This document shows positions 27,587 through 42,652 of a stretch of 64,000 nt of DNA, in pieces. Position 1 is the first letter of the stretch. The number at the start of each line of letters is the position of its first letter. The notes beneath the pieces were generated by a model. It saw only the letters and a program-made list of their open reading frames with translations, had not been told where the DNA came from and ran no database searches. This stretch comes from Octopus vulgaris (Eukaryota), in the NCBI GenBank assembly GCA_951406725.2, contig OX597821.1, positions 78,182,001 through 78,246,000 on the forward strand, read 5' to 3'. The position numbers were made by a program, and so were the translations under genes.

Positions 27587-29124
27587 TGCCCGCTTATTTA
27601 CAGCGAGTAATCTCAAATATAACGGTCAGTAATATAATATGCAAAGATTTTTGTGTTGATAAAAGTTTGGATATGTTAAAGATGTGGGTTTTATATTTCA
27701 TACTAATGTAAAAGAGAATTTTATGGGCCGCAGTTCGTTGTATAGAAATATTATTTTCTGCGGTGAAATGATATACAATGTAGGAAGATAAAAATAATGA
27801 TATCTAAGCAAAAGAAAAAAAAACTACATAAAATGCTTAAAAGAACAAGAGTTATAAAAATTAGTAAAGGAAAGATGGAGAAGTTCACTGATGATTGTGT
27901 GTAGGGGAATGTCAATTAAGGAGCAAAATGAGTGGCGAAAAATATAAAGATTTACGAATCCGTACTGGCGTTTCTAAAGATAAATATAAATTGTGAGGAC
28001 GTGAGATAAAAGAAATAAGTGAAATTGTTCTATTTAATGGTGGCGCAATAAGCCAGAACTATAGAAGGTATTTATCATAGTGAAAACATCTCTTAATGAT
28101 TTCTGATCGTTTAAGTAATTTCGCAATAGTTAACATTTTTCTGTATGCAACTCTTCTGAGCTATGCTTATCTCTCATTTATTTATATATTATCTTTAGGA
28201 TCTTCCATTTGATACCGAAATAAACAGCAGGATATTTTTAAATTCCAAATCCAAACGGATAACGATGTTACCATATTCTTCTTTCCTATGTGTCATAAGG
28301 AAGAGGTGCATGATTGTGATAACATAACTTGTATGTAACATTGAACATACAGATATAATAATTACCATATTTGAATGGTTGGGTACTAAACCCTGAACTA
28401 TTTCGCTTGAGAAATAGATATTGCAGAAATAGATATTCTTCATATTGGATGGTGGAATGTAGTAAGAGATGTTTGGTATTTATGCTGGAAACTTCTAGCT
28501 TCTCATGTCTTATGGAAATCTTTATACGATGACGTGTCAAGTCTTTTGATATTGTTGAGTTTTCGATTAGGTTTGTGCTTGCAACTGAGAGAAAAAATAC
28601 AACACTCCATGACGACGTGGTGTGAAATACATACATAAAATCGCTGACCTACCTATATTTGTATGACTGCACGTAGTATATGAGAGCGTATAGGTGAGGA
28701 TTAGCGAGAGTTCAAAGAAAGGAAAAGCTTGTCAGTGTTCTACCAGCGTACTCAGGCAGAACGTAGAGGCTCGATTAATAGCATAGAGGCTAAAGTACTA
28801 CCAACACACAGATGAGCGACGAAAGATTTCTGAACAATTGACATGAGTTGAAATAATAAAATAAGAACAGTAATAAACGAGTGAAGAAAAAATATATAGT
28901 GCGTGTGTTTATAAGGCAAAAAAGCAAACAACCATCCCGAAATACAATATATATATAAATTAAATTAGAGATAAAACCACTATTAGGCAAATCAAACAGT
29001 GAAAAACATAAACCAAAAACATAGAAATAAAATTAATTCATATAAAATACAAAATATATCAAATATAAAATTCAAAATTTAAATTATTTAAATTTGAAGT
29101 TAAACATTTAAAATTATTAATTTA

Positions 29125-29165
<41 letters not shown>

Positions 29166-31094
29166 TTTTATTTTATTTATTTATTTACTTTTTAATTAAA
29201 TATATATAACTATCAAAAAGTATAAAGAATTTAATATAAGATAAAAAGTAAAACCACTACGATCGCTTCATGCCCATAACCTAATTCGAATAACAATAAT
29301 TCAAATTCAATTAATAATTCGAATTATAGTTATAGTCAATCTTCAGGTTAATGATGATAGTTAATAAATAATCAAATATATTTAAACAATATTTTTTAAA
29401 GAAACAAAATAAAATAATAATTTTTCTTATAAAACCTCTATTATCAAACTAGAAACTTTAACGATTATGATTATGTCATACAATCGATTATAATGTTAAA
29501 TATTAATTTTAAGGTAAGAATATATAGAAAATGTATTTATGTATCCAGATATAATATGGCTTTTAAAAAAACATAATAAACCCACAAATAATCTAATCAC
29601 AGTTATAGTCAATATCTAATTTACCTAAATATAAAGCAAAAAAAAATCACTATTCATATTATTAAATTTAATTTCAAATCAAATAATTATGTAATATTTG
29701 AATAATAACTAAATTATCAATGAATATATATAAAAATGTATATAAATATAAGAATTAAGATCTAAAAATATCTCTATCAAAAAATATATATGCACTTATA
29801 ATAAAAACCTAATAAATTAATTATTTGTTATTACTTATGAAATATATTAAAAATTAAAAGATTAAAGATGAAAAAGCAAATTGTAAACAAACAAACAAAC
29901 TACCTTAAAAGAACGCTATAACTAATAAACGATCCATATATCTCGTTGGCTAATTAATAACTTAAAAATTAATAACTTAACCGAAATGGTTAAGAACTAA
30001 AATGAAATAAAGAAATACATAACTTCAACAACTAAATACTTAATGAAATTATCAATCCGTAGTTATATAGTATCCAATAAATACTACTAATATATTTATT
30101 AATGAAAACACTACTGCAAATTATCATTTGAAAATAGCAATATATAAATTATAATAGACGAAGTCAACTATTAGAGATATTTATGAATATACAAAATAGC
30201 TTAAAAAAACATAAACCCACAAATATCCTTAACTCAGTTATAGTCCAAAAATTTAATTAGTAAATTAATAAACTGAAAAATATTATTCATATATTAGATT
30301 TAAGTACATATCTAACAATTATAAAATATTTAAAATAATAACTAAATAACTATCAACAAATATAGTTAATAAATATAGTTAATATTTATGTATATATATA
30401 TATACATATATATATACACTCACACACCCAAATGTATACACAAATACACACATATGCTCACAAACACACGCCCCCTCCACACAGAAAAAAAACACACACA
30501 CACGTATATATTTATAAGTTCAGTTATGGATGCAAACACAGAAAAATATAGATTCTTTATGACGATGGTCTCAGTAAAAGAACATTTCTCTCTCCAGTGA
30601 GTCGTCTTAAGTAACGAATAAAAAAAAACAACTTTTATCCTAAGTATTGTTGTATGATATAAAAAGCGTTTTTATTAGAAAATTATATGAAAACTGTTGT
30701 TTTAGATACTAAATGTTAACTAGATCGCCATTCACCAGAAATAGTCATTTACCCGTGTAAAATCATTACAACGGTATATTAAGAAGAAATACGCTCAACA
30801 TAACAAATCAATCACGAATAATTATCTATTAACTAAATGTTAGTTTATGTTTTGTGTTCAGCAACCGGAAGTTATTGTAAATATTACCTTTTCATTAACT
30901 TTAAATTTATTGACGGCTTAATGTTTCAGCGTCTGTAAAACTACAAAGATGTTTCTTGTTTCAACTTGTAACATCTTTTAAATACATGGACTTCCTTTTT
31001 TACTCCAGTTTCTTTAGGTATGAATGTTTGTATGTATTCATATATATATGTACGTATATATATATAGACATACATATATATATATGTATATGTA

Positions 31095-31152
<58 letters not shown>

Positions 31153-32989
31153 GGGAGTATATCCAAACTTACAGGGAAAAATTAGATTTAGGAGTAAATC
31201 AAATTTCACACTATAAATATAAATTAAATTAGAGAAATAACCACTATTAGGCAACTCAAAGAGTGATAGACATAAACCAAAACATAAAAAACAAAAAATA
31301 AATAAAATTAATATAACATATGATATATATATAAAATATAAAATTTAAAATTTAAATAATTAAAAGTTTAAATTTTTAAATATTTATATTTTATATTTAA
31401 TTTATATATATATAAATTACGAAACAGCAAAAGCCTTGTAGACCAGTGTTATTGATAATATTCTTCATTGTACTCGTGATAATTGTTTGTATTTCCCATT
31501 CCTTCATTTCTTGGTATAAATTGTAAACAATCGATATTATCTAGGTAAAGAAAGGTCCTGTTTGCTGAGCGATACAAAAAGAGCAGTGAATTAATTGCTT
31601 TCCTGCTCCTTTTAGGGAGTGGTCACGAGAGACAAAGGCAGAGAAAAGCTGCTTTTTATGCTTCTCTTCGAGAAGGGAGCATCGTAAAGATAACAAAATG
31701 TGGTCAAGAGAAAGAAAGGCAGAGAAAAGCAGATACTTTACTATTTGTCTTCAAGCCAGTAGACATGGTGTCAACATATTTTCTCCTGAAGTGTTCATGT
31801 TTTACTGCCCTGTGCAGCAGAGGCCAAATATTTAACTATTCAAAAAAAGAATTTAAAGCTTTCCTCATATTCAGACATTTTAAAGACGAGAAATGGATTT
31901 TTAGCCGATTTGCAAGTTTGTTTTTTGCTGATTTCATACGATTATTCGGTACCGAGGGTATATACTTTATATTTATCTTTTACTGGTTTCAATCATTAGA
32001 ATGCAACCATGCTGCAGCACCGCCCTTTGTTATTCTTTTGTTATTCATTGAAAAAGATTATATCCCAGTAACAATTTTCAAGGTTTCATTCACTCGCAGG
32101 GTGACAAAAGTGTCAGTTAGCTCAGTTTTTCTCTCTACCTTCCTGACATTTACAATAAGAAGCTTTGCAGATAACAAGAATATTATCATTCTCGGAAAAG
32201 ATAAAAGCTTGAAATGGAAATAAAAATTGAGGGCAACCAGGAATGTCATCGATAATTTTCATTCCATGTATAATGAAGAGTATCAGTGAATAACGGGTTG
32301 CCTCATTTTGAACAAACGTTTCTCTTTCTCATGTCTGTTATTTTATCAGCATAAGAACATATGGACAACTACTCGCTACTGCGATTTGCACGATTTGATT
32401 ACAATTTTGACAAAACACAAACATCTCAGAACCACCCAAATTCCGTGATTCCTCTGTAATCTTCGGCCAACACCGAACTGATGCATCAATCGATAAGTGG
32501 GCAACAATTTCGATTGCGTTCCAAAATTGATCAGTCGAGAAAAATTGATACATGGAAAAGGTTAATTCCTTGCATTGAAATTTCGGTCTGTCAAGAGCTT
32601 ACCGTTTGAGGACACGTTGAAACAGACGAATCTGAGGGCTAAGACTACGCGCCTTCATTGGTCAGTTAAAGTTGAGACAGTGTCACGTGAAAATTTACTG
32701 GGGCTGCCTGTTGGAGCCTAGCGGCAGGTATTTAAAGGGAAAAAATTTGACAAGTCAATCAGTTGCCGGCTGACACTCGTTGACGCTACACCGAAGAGGC
32801 CAGGGAACAGAAGAAAGAAGACATGCACCCAATACCAGAGCTGAAGACACATCCGAAAGGGGGGCCCCGCCACGTCTAAACGGTAGATGAGTAGGGGCCG
32901 AAACAGGTAGTGGTTCCTCCTGATGATGTCTTCAGCTAACTGGATCCTATAAAGGAGCTGTTGTGGTAGCAGACTACGAAACACGGTTG

Positions 32990-35045
32990 TAATTCCCTAG
33001 ATTAATTTCCTGGTTAAATGTGAAGCAGTAGTAGAATACAATGATTGTTTAAGATCGCATTTAGATTTCGTGAAGGAAAACATCAGCTGCATATTTTCTA
33101 GACATTCAAGTGATATTCAAAACGAGATTATTTGGTTGTTTATCTACCGCAGGTGAAGGTGAATTAAGGCAATGATAGAAAAGACACAATCTGTTGCTGT
33201 TATATTTGATGAGACTACGGATCTTCGAATGAAATCTCAATTAATACACGTTTTGCGATTTGTTGATGAGAGAAATGCCTCAAGAAAGGATTTGGGGATA
33301 CGTCGATGCAAGTAAAGACAGAAAAGCTGCATCACTGAGTGAATTTCCAAAATTTGTTAAAGAATTTAACTGTGGCCAAAAATTCATCATTTTGATGGAG
33401 TGAACATGATGCTGATCATTTGAATGGAGTGCAGGCAAGAACGGAGATTTTGGCGCGACCAATGTTATGCACATTTACTTAATTTGGTACTCTCACAATT
33501 GGCTTCAGCTAATTATGAATATCGAATTTTCTTTCAATCTTTAACAGGAATTTCAGCTTGACAGCTTGAAAGCCCTACCGGATTATTGGAGGATGATTTC
33601 CAAAGTTACCTGAAATATTCATCTCGTAAAGTATTCATTTGTTCAACAAAATGACTGTTTCCTGGGATACTTTTAACCACATTAAAATCCCTGAGGATTT
33701 GAGTTCTTAAGAATTAGTACAGGCAAAGGGATTCATTGCAATCCTAGACGTTTTTCAGTTTAAATTTTTACTAATGGTATTTGAAACCATATTGAGTGGC
33801 TCAAAGATTCTGCTTTCGATTCTTCAAATAAATTCATTTGATATTTCGGAGTGTATTTGTGAGGTTGAGATCTTCAAAAACCATTTGATTGGTATTGTTG
33901 CGTTACGTGCAGCTGTTGTATCAATCGCAGTGTGAATTTAGGCCGGTTGCTTATATTACAAGCAGAAGCAAAACTCTTGAATGATTAACATCAAATTTAT
34001 TTACGATAAGGCTGAATATACATAAACAAACTCTCAAATCCTAATTGGTAGAGAGATTAAAATAATATGAGAATTGACTAAACAATGATTGGTCTTGTAT
34101 TAGTTAACTTCAAGATGCGAAACTTCTGAATCTTGTTGATGCTTTATCTTTCGTTTGCTTTGTGAGAGCTAAATTGTGTTCTCTTCGAGTGACATTAGAG
34201 TTCTGGTTGATTTAACGTTAAACTATTAAACTGGGGAAAAGGGCACGAATCACAAGGAAACCTGAGATGATGTTTGAACTAGTAGTCTGATCTCCTGCGA
34301 ACCGATTGGTCGAAAAAATGATGCTCTTGTTCAGATCGCATGTCTCAAGCGTGACTCACTCATGCTAATTAGTTGATAATTTGGTGAAAAGGGGTAAAAT
34401 CCTAGTGTTCACTACAATATAAAGAACAATAAATTTTCTGCCGGGTTCTTCAGAGAAGCGTAGTTGACATCAAGAATTAGAAGCTGTGTTAAGAATTTTG
34501 TTTAACAACATTTTATATGTTGTTATTGTTCACCTTGAGCAAAGATTTGAAACATCGTTGTTTAAAATCTTTGAGTTCAGATTTGTTGCATTGTTAAATC
34601 CAAAGCTTTTTCACGGTTGCGATAAAAAATTTCGATGGACGTGTTTTCATCTTTGGATGTTTGTAAAACTATATTGGATTTAGATGGATTGAATGTGAGC
34701 TGAAATCAGTTTATGCGGCAGATTTTGCAAAGAAAGTGTTAAACATCCAATCATAATACGGAAGCATGAACCAAACTCTGGCCGAAGTAAAAAAATTGCA
34801 ACGTCTAATTCTAACCATACCTACCACGTCTCCTTCCTTTGAGAAATAACTTTCTTCTTTAAAGCGAATAAATAAACGAGAGGTTCTCAAAGGGAAGCAA
34901 GTTTGACTAATTTGGTCTTCATTTCCTTGAGTAACGACCTTTTGAAGAGGATGAAGGTAAACCGTAGTGCTAATACATTTTATACCAAAGTGATCGATGA
35001 ATTAGCCAAAAAGAAAAAAACAGAATTGAACTGATTTACAAATAA
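32990..35045 (+). mobile_element. Decayed hAT transposase (ZMYM1-like), interrupted by an insertion
   Basis: Remnants VAVIFDETTD...SQL..VLRFV...ERIWG and C-terminal LILTIPTTSPS.E..SSLKRI dimerisation motif; many stops. Confidence 0.7.
33896..34416. mobile_element. Putative solo LTR inside the hAT remnant
   Basis: 521-bp non-coding insert starting TGT and ending ACA; flanks gtat/atat resemble a 4-bp TSD with one mismatch. Confidence 0.45.
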
Positions 35046-37686
35046 ATTTTATAAATCCCCCATTTGTATATTCTATTGTTTTTTCAGATTGCTCTTGTAA
35101 CCAATAACAGTCATCATGGTAGAACCGTCGCTGCGGTATTGTTCATGGAGGAACATCGAGTCCTATGGAGAGGGCTATCAAGCCTGAAGCGTGGTCTGTT
35201 GGTAGAAGAACATTTTCTCATATCAGAATTAGTTCATATCACCTTCATAGATGGAGCGGAGAAATAGCTTTGGATGAAGGGTGACTAAGGTTTCACTTCC
35301 TTACTCTTTACCTGGACGATTGGCCTGCATCATAGACTACAATCCCTGGATTCCAAGACATACTTCACCACTGGATTAAATGACTGTTTTCTTTCAATTA
35401 GGAATTTTGAGATTTTGGGCGTTATTTGTGTAGCAAAGAGTGACTTTAGGCCATTTTCGGTTGTCAGTCTTGGCTTATTGATAAAATGTTCTTTGCAAAA
35501 AGCATTTAGACAGAATTGAACACAGTATTTACCCCAGTAGACACTGGAGACACAGTATGGTTGGAAAACTCATATTTAAATGGCGCACAGTTGTATAGTT
35601 CACGGATATTATAACGTTGTATAAATGTTATAAACGTCCTTTCAATCATTGATTGGGTTGATTACTACATACTTCTCACGTCGGGGTCAACAAATTTAAC
35701 ATTAATTTTATACATCAATGTTGATATAGAGAAAAGAAAGTGCTTTAGAAATATATTAAATAAGTCTATTTTTTGGATAAAAATGTTTTATTTAACAACG
35801 ATAAAACGTTTTTTAGATAAAAATGTTTTATTCAACAATGATAAAACGAATAACTGGGTCCCAACGAACCACCGAAAAAGGTGCAGAAAAAAATCACAAA
35901 GAATAGTCACCCTTCAAATATTATATTAGGAAAGCATATACACGAGTCTGTGATTGTGTCCAACTAAATGTCCAGAAAGTTTACAGAACATATAACAAAA
36001 AATATGTAAATGTGAACGTGTGTGAGAAATATCTTGAATTTCAAATTTAAACAGGAATATATGATGGTGAAAGATAAACTGTGAAATAAGGAATCGAACA
36101 ATAAATCTGTATTTATATTGTAGAACGTATTCAATTATCTCCTTAAATAATTTGCTAAATGCGACATAGTGATAGCAGTGTGGCTGGTTGTAAATTCAAA
36201 AACTAGAATAGTCAGATGTCTTTCTTTTCCGATCGTAAAATACCGTCATGTGATCAGCAAAAATGAAAGGAACTTATATTTTGAGTATAAAGTTATAGAC
36301 TACAAGAGATAATTGGTATATTAGCAGGTATGTGTGAAACTACCGTATGTATGCTTGATTGTAGAATAGGTATTTAAGTGAGCTATGACGAGAAGTATTT
36401 TTGTATGATCGTATTCGCTACAGCTGAGAATAAAATACGAGAAGACATATTAATTTTTATAAAACTCTCGGTTTAAAATACCAATTTCGATTGTAGACAA
36501 TTTCAAGTCTAATGGCTGTTTACTCTATCTCTTCCCACACCCCTCTCACACTTTGTCTCCCTCTCAAACTCTCACAAACACGCGCTCTAGCTTATAACAA
36601 TTCTATCATGGTAGAGTCATTATATTATCAAGCACATTACTTCAAATTACATCATATCTCATTGAAGTTGTCAGATTATGTTAGACAATGTCTTGTTAGA
36701 TATAAATCAAAAGATAATAACCCAGTTTCGAATGCCTTTAAGCATAAGTTTCCCTTCCAATCAGAGCTTATCTGGAAATACACAACATATACATAAAAGT
36801 ATGTTGTATTATATTTTTACTTTTTGGTACAATTAAACTGGATGTTGCTGTAGATTTGGGACTTAGTTAAATCATGAGATTAATTCTGGATTAGAAATTG
36901 GTTTTCATCATACAGCGATGCATAAAGGACAAATACCTGTGATATATTGTTGAAAATTTAAATACCTCTTCCATTTCATCAAAATTATTGTTTGAATATT
37001 TATATTGTATCATGTACTGGAATATTGTGTCTCGCATCCAGTGATATAGTGTCAAAGAGCATGTAGAATAAGTGCAACAAATGATTCTGATACCTAAAAA
37101 TATATATATGATTACTACAAGATAATAATAAAACAAAAGTGAGTCTAACTGGATATTTAATGGGAGTATTTTTAGCAGCCATTTAATAGATTATGTCACT
37201 CGGAAAATAAGAGCAACTCAACAATAAGTATTCTGTTATCTTGTTATTGGTTTCAGTCTTATTTCGGTTTGACCTTCATTTTATTGTTGACTGATCGTTG
37301 AATCAGTGTGTTAACTAACATCAAGGATACAAGAATCAACGTTTTTAGACACTTGCAAATATACAAAGTATTTGAACGCCCATCCGCACAACTTTAGACA
37401 ATGTGCCGAAAGCTAGCAGGCAGAACCTTTGAAGTCACTATTTCCGATCTTCTTATAAAAGATTAATAAACACATCCCCTACTAGAAGATATTCCATACT
37501 CCCTCAATTTAATGTCAATTTGTTTTTACCGTTTGACATAAATGCAAACATTAATATGTGTGCATGTATATATAAACACATATATGTGTGGGTATATATA
37601 TATATATTTATAATCACACAGATATTAAAAGAAAATGGAGATTTACGATTTGACATATTTCAAATTTAATTTAATTTATTAACATC

Positions 37687-37742
<56 letters not shown>

Positions 37743-37970
37743 CATATATACATATACATATACATACATACATATACATATCATTGGTGAGTTTTTTCTC
37801 CGTTTTCCTTTCTATTGGACTTTCCCCTGTCTCCTGTTTCTAAAGTAAGAACTTTGTTGGAAACGTAAAACCACAATTCTGTCCTTTCCTGAGCGTCTGC
37901 TATTACTTTACATGTACCACGTCCTGTTGTTGTTGTTTTTTGTGTTTGTACTTCGTTCTTTTAGTAGGAT

Positions 37971-38021
<51 letters not shown>

Positions 38022-38022
38022 T

Positions 38023-38057
<35 letters not shown>

Positions 38058-39406
38058 CTTACATACTTCCCCATATGAATTCGCATAAATATATATAAAG
38101 AATAAGTCTATAAATAAATAGTAAGTAACTTTTTTTATAATTATTATTTCTATCAATCAAAATATGTTTATTCTTTAATTTAAATTATAATTGCTAATAT
38201 AAATAATTATATCGAATATAAAATTAAATTGTAATACAATTTAAATAGAAGATTGGTATAAGTTAACCTAGTCATAGTAATTTAACACATTAATATATCA
38301 TTACTAAACAATTTTCTATGTTATAATCCTTTCACCTGTAGGCACAAGGCTTAAGACTTTCAGGGAAGGGGTACGTCTATCATATCAACTCCAGCACTCC
38401 ACTGGCACTTAATTTATTGACCCCTAAAGGGTGAAGTGCAAAGTCGATCTCTGTGGAACTCAAACTCAAAACGTATCTGTAGACAAAATACCATTAATTA
38501 CTTCGCTCGGCGGACCAACGACACTTCAATTTGCTAAATAATAATAATAATAAAATAATAATAATAATAATAAAACACACACACATACACACACACACAT
38601 ATATATGTACACTTACACACATCTATACATAGATATATACACACATATATATTTAAATATGGATACACACATATACATATATATAGTTACTTGGATGCAC
38701 CCATAATCCTACATACTTACATACATGCATATATACATACATACATACATACATACATACATAGACACATACATATATATAATCATTTTGAGAAAGAAGA
38801 TTAATTAGAAAATCTCTCACAATATAGAGGTTTAGACTTAGAAGTTCTCAAGAGTAACTTGAGATGGAATAAATAAATATGTAATTTGAAGAAACAAAAG
38901 ACCTTGTAATTCAATCCGCTGACATGACTCCGATTAGAGATGGTTTTAAATGACAAATGTACATGATAAATTAAAATATATAAATACACAGACATTAAAG
39001 AGATATATAAATAAATAAATATATTAATATTATATATGTGTAAAGGAATACATTTTATAGGATCTCCGGACATGGTCATTCACTAGTGTCAACATGGAAA
39101 ACTCGTTGATCTGAAGAAGGAGGAATTGCCAAATAATGTGTGCTATATCTCTTCATCTTCCCTCAATGAATCCCCAGAAACAGCCGTTGGTATCCAACTT
39201 TAACTATTTTACTATCCTGAAAATTCAGGATAGTCATGTCCTTCTTCATTGTATCATTTGGTTCGATTCCATCACCACGTCAGACTTTCTCCAGTATTTT
39301 CATCTATACACGATTGTTTTAACATTTTTATGTCTACATCCGAAGATCCTTTAAAATCTATTACTTTACACACATATATTTTTAATATATACATACATAC
39401 ACCCCC

Positions 39407-39447
<41 letters not shown>

Positions 39448-39523
39448 CTTTAGATAATATATAATATAAAAATATAACACAAAACAATTACTCGATACAA
39501 TACTTGAAATAATAAATTTAATT

Positions 39524-39930
39524 TCATATTCTAAACACATATTTTGAAGAGTGTTTACGAGGTATTTCTCGTTCGTGTCTGTCATTAGGCAGCTTCTTTT
39601 TTGATGTTAAAATTTGATATATTTCCTCCAACCACAGGTTACATCTATTATCAGCAATTTTATAAGATCTAGCATGACTAAGTATTTTGCCATTTAAGGT
39701 AGTACAATTTATTTTATCCTTTAACTGCCATATAAACTTACTTAAACTGGTACTATTCAACCTATCCCTGCTCCTAAAAATATATTTATTGTTTGCAATA
39801 CGTCGTTTAATAAAATTTTCAGTTGACCCAATGTAAAAGTAATTGTTCCCTTCAGATTCTTCTCTACTTCTATAAGCAAGGTTATATTGCATACATAAAT
39901 TATTAATATAAGATTTATTCATAAATGTGC
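39524..39930 (-). mobile_element. Penelope-like GIY-YIG fragment
   Basis: NLAY...FYIGSTEN.IKRRIANN...TSLSKFIWQLK...CNL; same family type as 19485-19925. Confidence 0.75.
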
Positions 39931-40944
39931 AATCACAAGTTCAAGTTAACACTTGGTCTATTAGTAACTGAATTATTTTTTCTATTATTTTAAAAAATGT
40001 CTAATTTTTTCTTATTAATCGAAAAGATAATTCTAACTATAATTTTAGATACTGAAAAGCCGATGCTAATCCTTTTTGCTATTAATTGTTAAAATGTTTA
40101 GATAGAGATCTGTAAAAAAGCTGAACCAAATTAGTTTTTAATTGTCTTGCAAAAGCAATAATAAATCAAATACTATTTCCATTTTGAGAATTATCATGAT
40201 TTAATTTATCAAATTTATATATGGAGTATTGTTTTTAGTCTAAAACTTAAGCTTATTTCTATACAGCGTATTATATTTCTATACTCATTATTACTATTAT
40301 TATTGATAACATCATTAAGACGGTGAGCTGGCTGAATCGTTAGTACGCCGGGAAAATGCTTAGCGGTATTTCACCTGCTGCAACGTTCTGAGTTCAAATT
40401 CCTCCGAGATCGTCCTTGCTTTCATTCTTCTGGAGTCAATAAATTATGTACAAGTGAAAGACTGGGTTCTCAAAATGAAGAAAGTTTGACCAATTTGGTC
40501 TTCATTTCCTTGAATAACAACCTTTTGTAGAAGAAGAAGTTAAAGCGTGGTGCTAATACATTTTATACCAAAGTAATCGATGTAATCCTCCGAAATTCCA
40601 GGCCTTGTGCCTATAGATGAAAGTAGTATTACTCTCTTTATTATAATGATTTAATGTATCTACATTATTGCTATTGATTTTCGAACATAGATTCACACTA
40701 TATTATACTCTACTCTAAATTTGGTTATTCTTAGATTCTGTAGTGGTTAATCTACCTGCCTATGTATATGTGCATGTATTTATGTATGTATGCATTTATG
40801 TACGTGTGTAAGTATGCATTTATCTATGTTTGTATGTTTTTATGAATGTATGTATGTTTGTATGTATATATGTATGCATGTATGTATTATGCATGATTGC
40901 ATATATGTACGAATATATATTTTATTTCTAGAATAAAGCGTCTT

Positions 40945-40994
40945 CTACACGAAAAGGACTGCAATGACAATTTTCTGAATGGTACCCGAAACAC
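40945..40994 (-). CDS. Gene B terminal coding exon 5 (SVSGTIQKIVIAVLFV*)
   Basis: ttttttctttcag acceptor, TAG at 40945-40947, 50 nt; AATAAA (minus strand) at 40921-40926. Confidence 0.83.
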
Positions 40995-41179
40995 CTGAAA
41001 GAAAAAATTAAGGAAAGATATTGTTAACAATTAATGAAGTTAACTGTGTTTCTCAATGATCATGCATACATACATATGCACATACATTCATACGTACATA
41101 CATATATACACACATGTATGTATGTGTGTAAGGTCAAACATACACACATACATATATGCTATACATATACACACGAGCA

Positions 41180-41243
<64 letters not shown>

Positions 41244-41263
41244 AATCTTACTCTGGGTGTATG

Positions 41264-41301
<38 letters not shown>

Positions 41302-41865
41302 ATAATATGGAGGTGATGTAGTCAGAGGATTTCTGCTTCTTTCTTTTACGCATCACGTAAAAAATTTAAGGGAATCGCTATTATGAATTATCGAACCGTC
41401 CAAGTAAATTATATATCAAAAAATGTATGCATTACACAGATATACTTTCAACTTCTGTGGGTTTCATCCGGTGCCTTTAAAATATAATATCTGAAAAGAA
41501 ACATTTCTCAACTAAAGCGTGCTTCTACGATAAAAGTTTTCGTTCGTCTTCAAGCCAGTATTAATGTAATTCCCTTCCTTTCCGTACATGATAAGGTGAG
41601 ATGAATTTATTCTAACTTTTATTACATATTAAGTAAGAATTTTAAGAAAAGTTTTAATGCTAGATATTTCATTTTCATCTATAACGAAAGGCGAATTAAA
41701 AAATCGCTATATTAATCACAAATCTTCCTTCCGACACAGAGACAAAAGTAAGCTACAAAGATATCTAGTCACCCATGGTGCTGGAAGTCGGACTACACTC
41801 CACATGTGATAGAGCATCACAAAACAGTACACTAGTACACTATACATATAAATGAACTTATAGCG

Positions 41866-41918
<53 letters not shown>

Positions 41919-42131
41919 AATCTCTGAACGAGGTATAAACAGTAACTGCACGACAACGTGAAGTGTGAAGTATATTTGCCATCTAAATGTGGCTAACCGC
42001 TAAGGGTGGATGTTACTGTAGCTTGTAGCCCCAGGAGAACATCTTCTCTAGCTGGCTTTTGATACACTTTCTGTGCCCTATCAGTATTTGAAAAGGGAAG
42101 CCATCCTCCCCATCATCAACCTGACATGATA

Positions 42132-42176
42132 CGCACGGACCCGGGTTTCTGGGTATTTACCTGTCATCAGCGCAGG
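42132..42176 (-). ncRNA. Type I hammerhead ribozyme, second copy with mismatched stem II base
   Basis: Reverse strand: cctgcg CTGATGA caggtaaataccca GAAAC ccgg GTC cgtgcg. Confidence 0.7.
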
Positions 42177-42607
42177 ACAATCACCGGTCTTCGATGCGAA
42201 GGGGTCCCAATGCAAATACATATATCCTTTTTCCAGTGACTTTTCGTCACTGATCTCGAAAAAGTGTAAACAAGCAATAATAAATCTCTGAACGAGGTAT
42301 AAATAGGTCGACGATGGGAAGGATGGTTTCCCTTTGCAAATACTGATAGGGTACAGAAAGTGTGTGAATAGCCAGCTGGAGAAGATGTTCTCCTGGGGCT
42401 ACAAGCTACAGTAACATCCACCCTTAGTAGTTAGCCACATTTAGATGGCAAATATACTTTACAATGTCGTGCAGTTACTGTTTATACATCGTTCAGAGAT
42501 TTATTATTGCTTGTTCACACATTTTCGAGATCAGTGACGAAAAGTCACTGGAAAAAAGAAAATTGTATTTGCATTGGGACCCCTTCGCATCGAAGACCGG
42601 TGGTTGT

Positions 42608-42652
42608 CGTGCGCTGATGATGGGTAAATACCCAGAAACCCGGGTCCGTGCG
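42608..42652 (+). ncRNA. Type I hammerhead ribozyme, canonical
   Basis: cgtgcg CTGATGA tgggta-aa-taccca GAAAC ccgg GTC cgtgcg: 6-bp stem I (2 G-U), 6-bp stem II, short palindromic stem III, GUC triplet. Confidence 0.85.

Noticed and set aside
32918-32992. CTGATGA...GAAACACGGTT hammerhead-like motif
   Set aside because: Stem II is offset and stem I does not pair; too degenerate to call.
35110-35400. Possible RTE-type LINE 3' remnants (also ~6900-7060 and ~25800-27000)
   Set aside because: Only faint resemblance with no clear motif; left unannotated.
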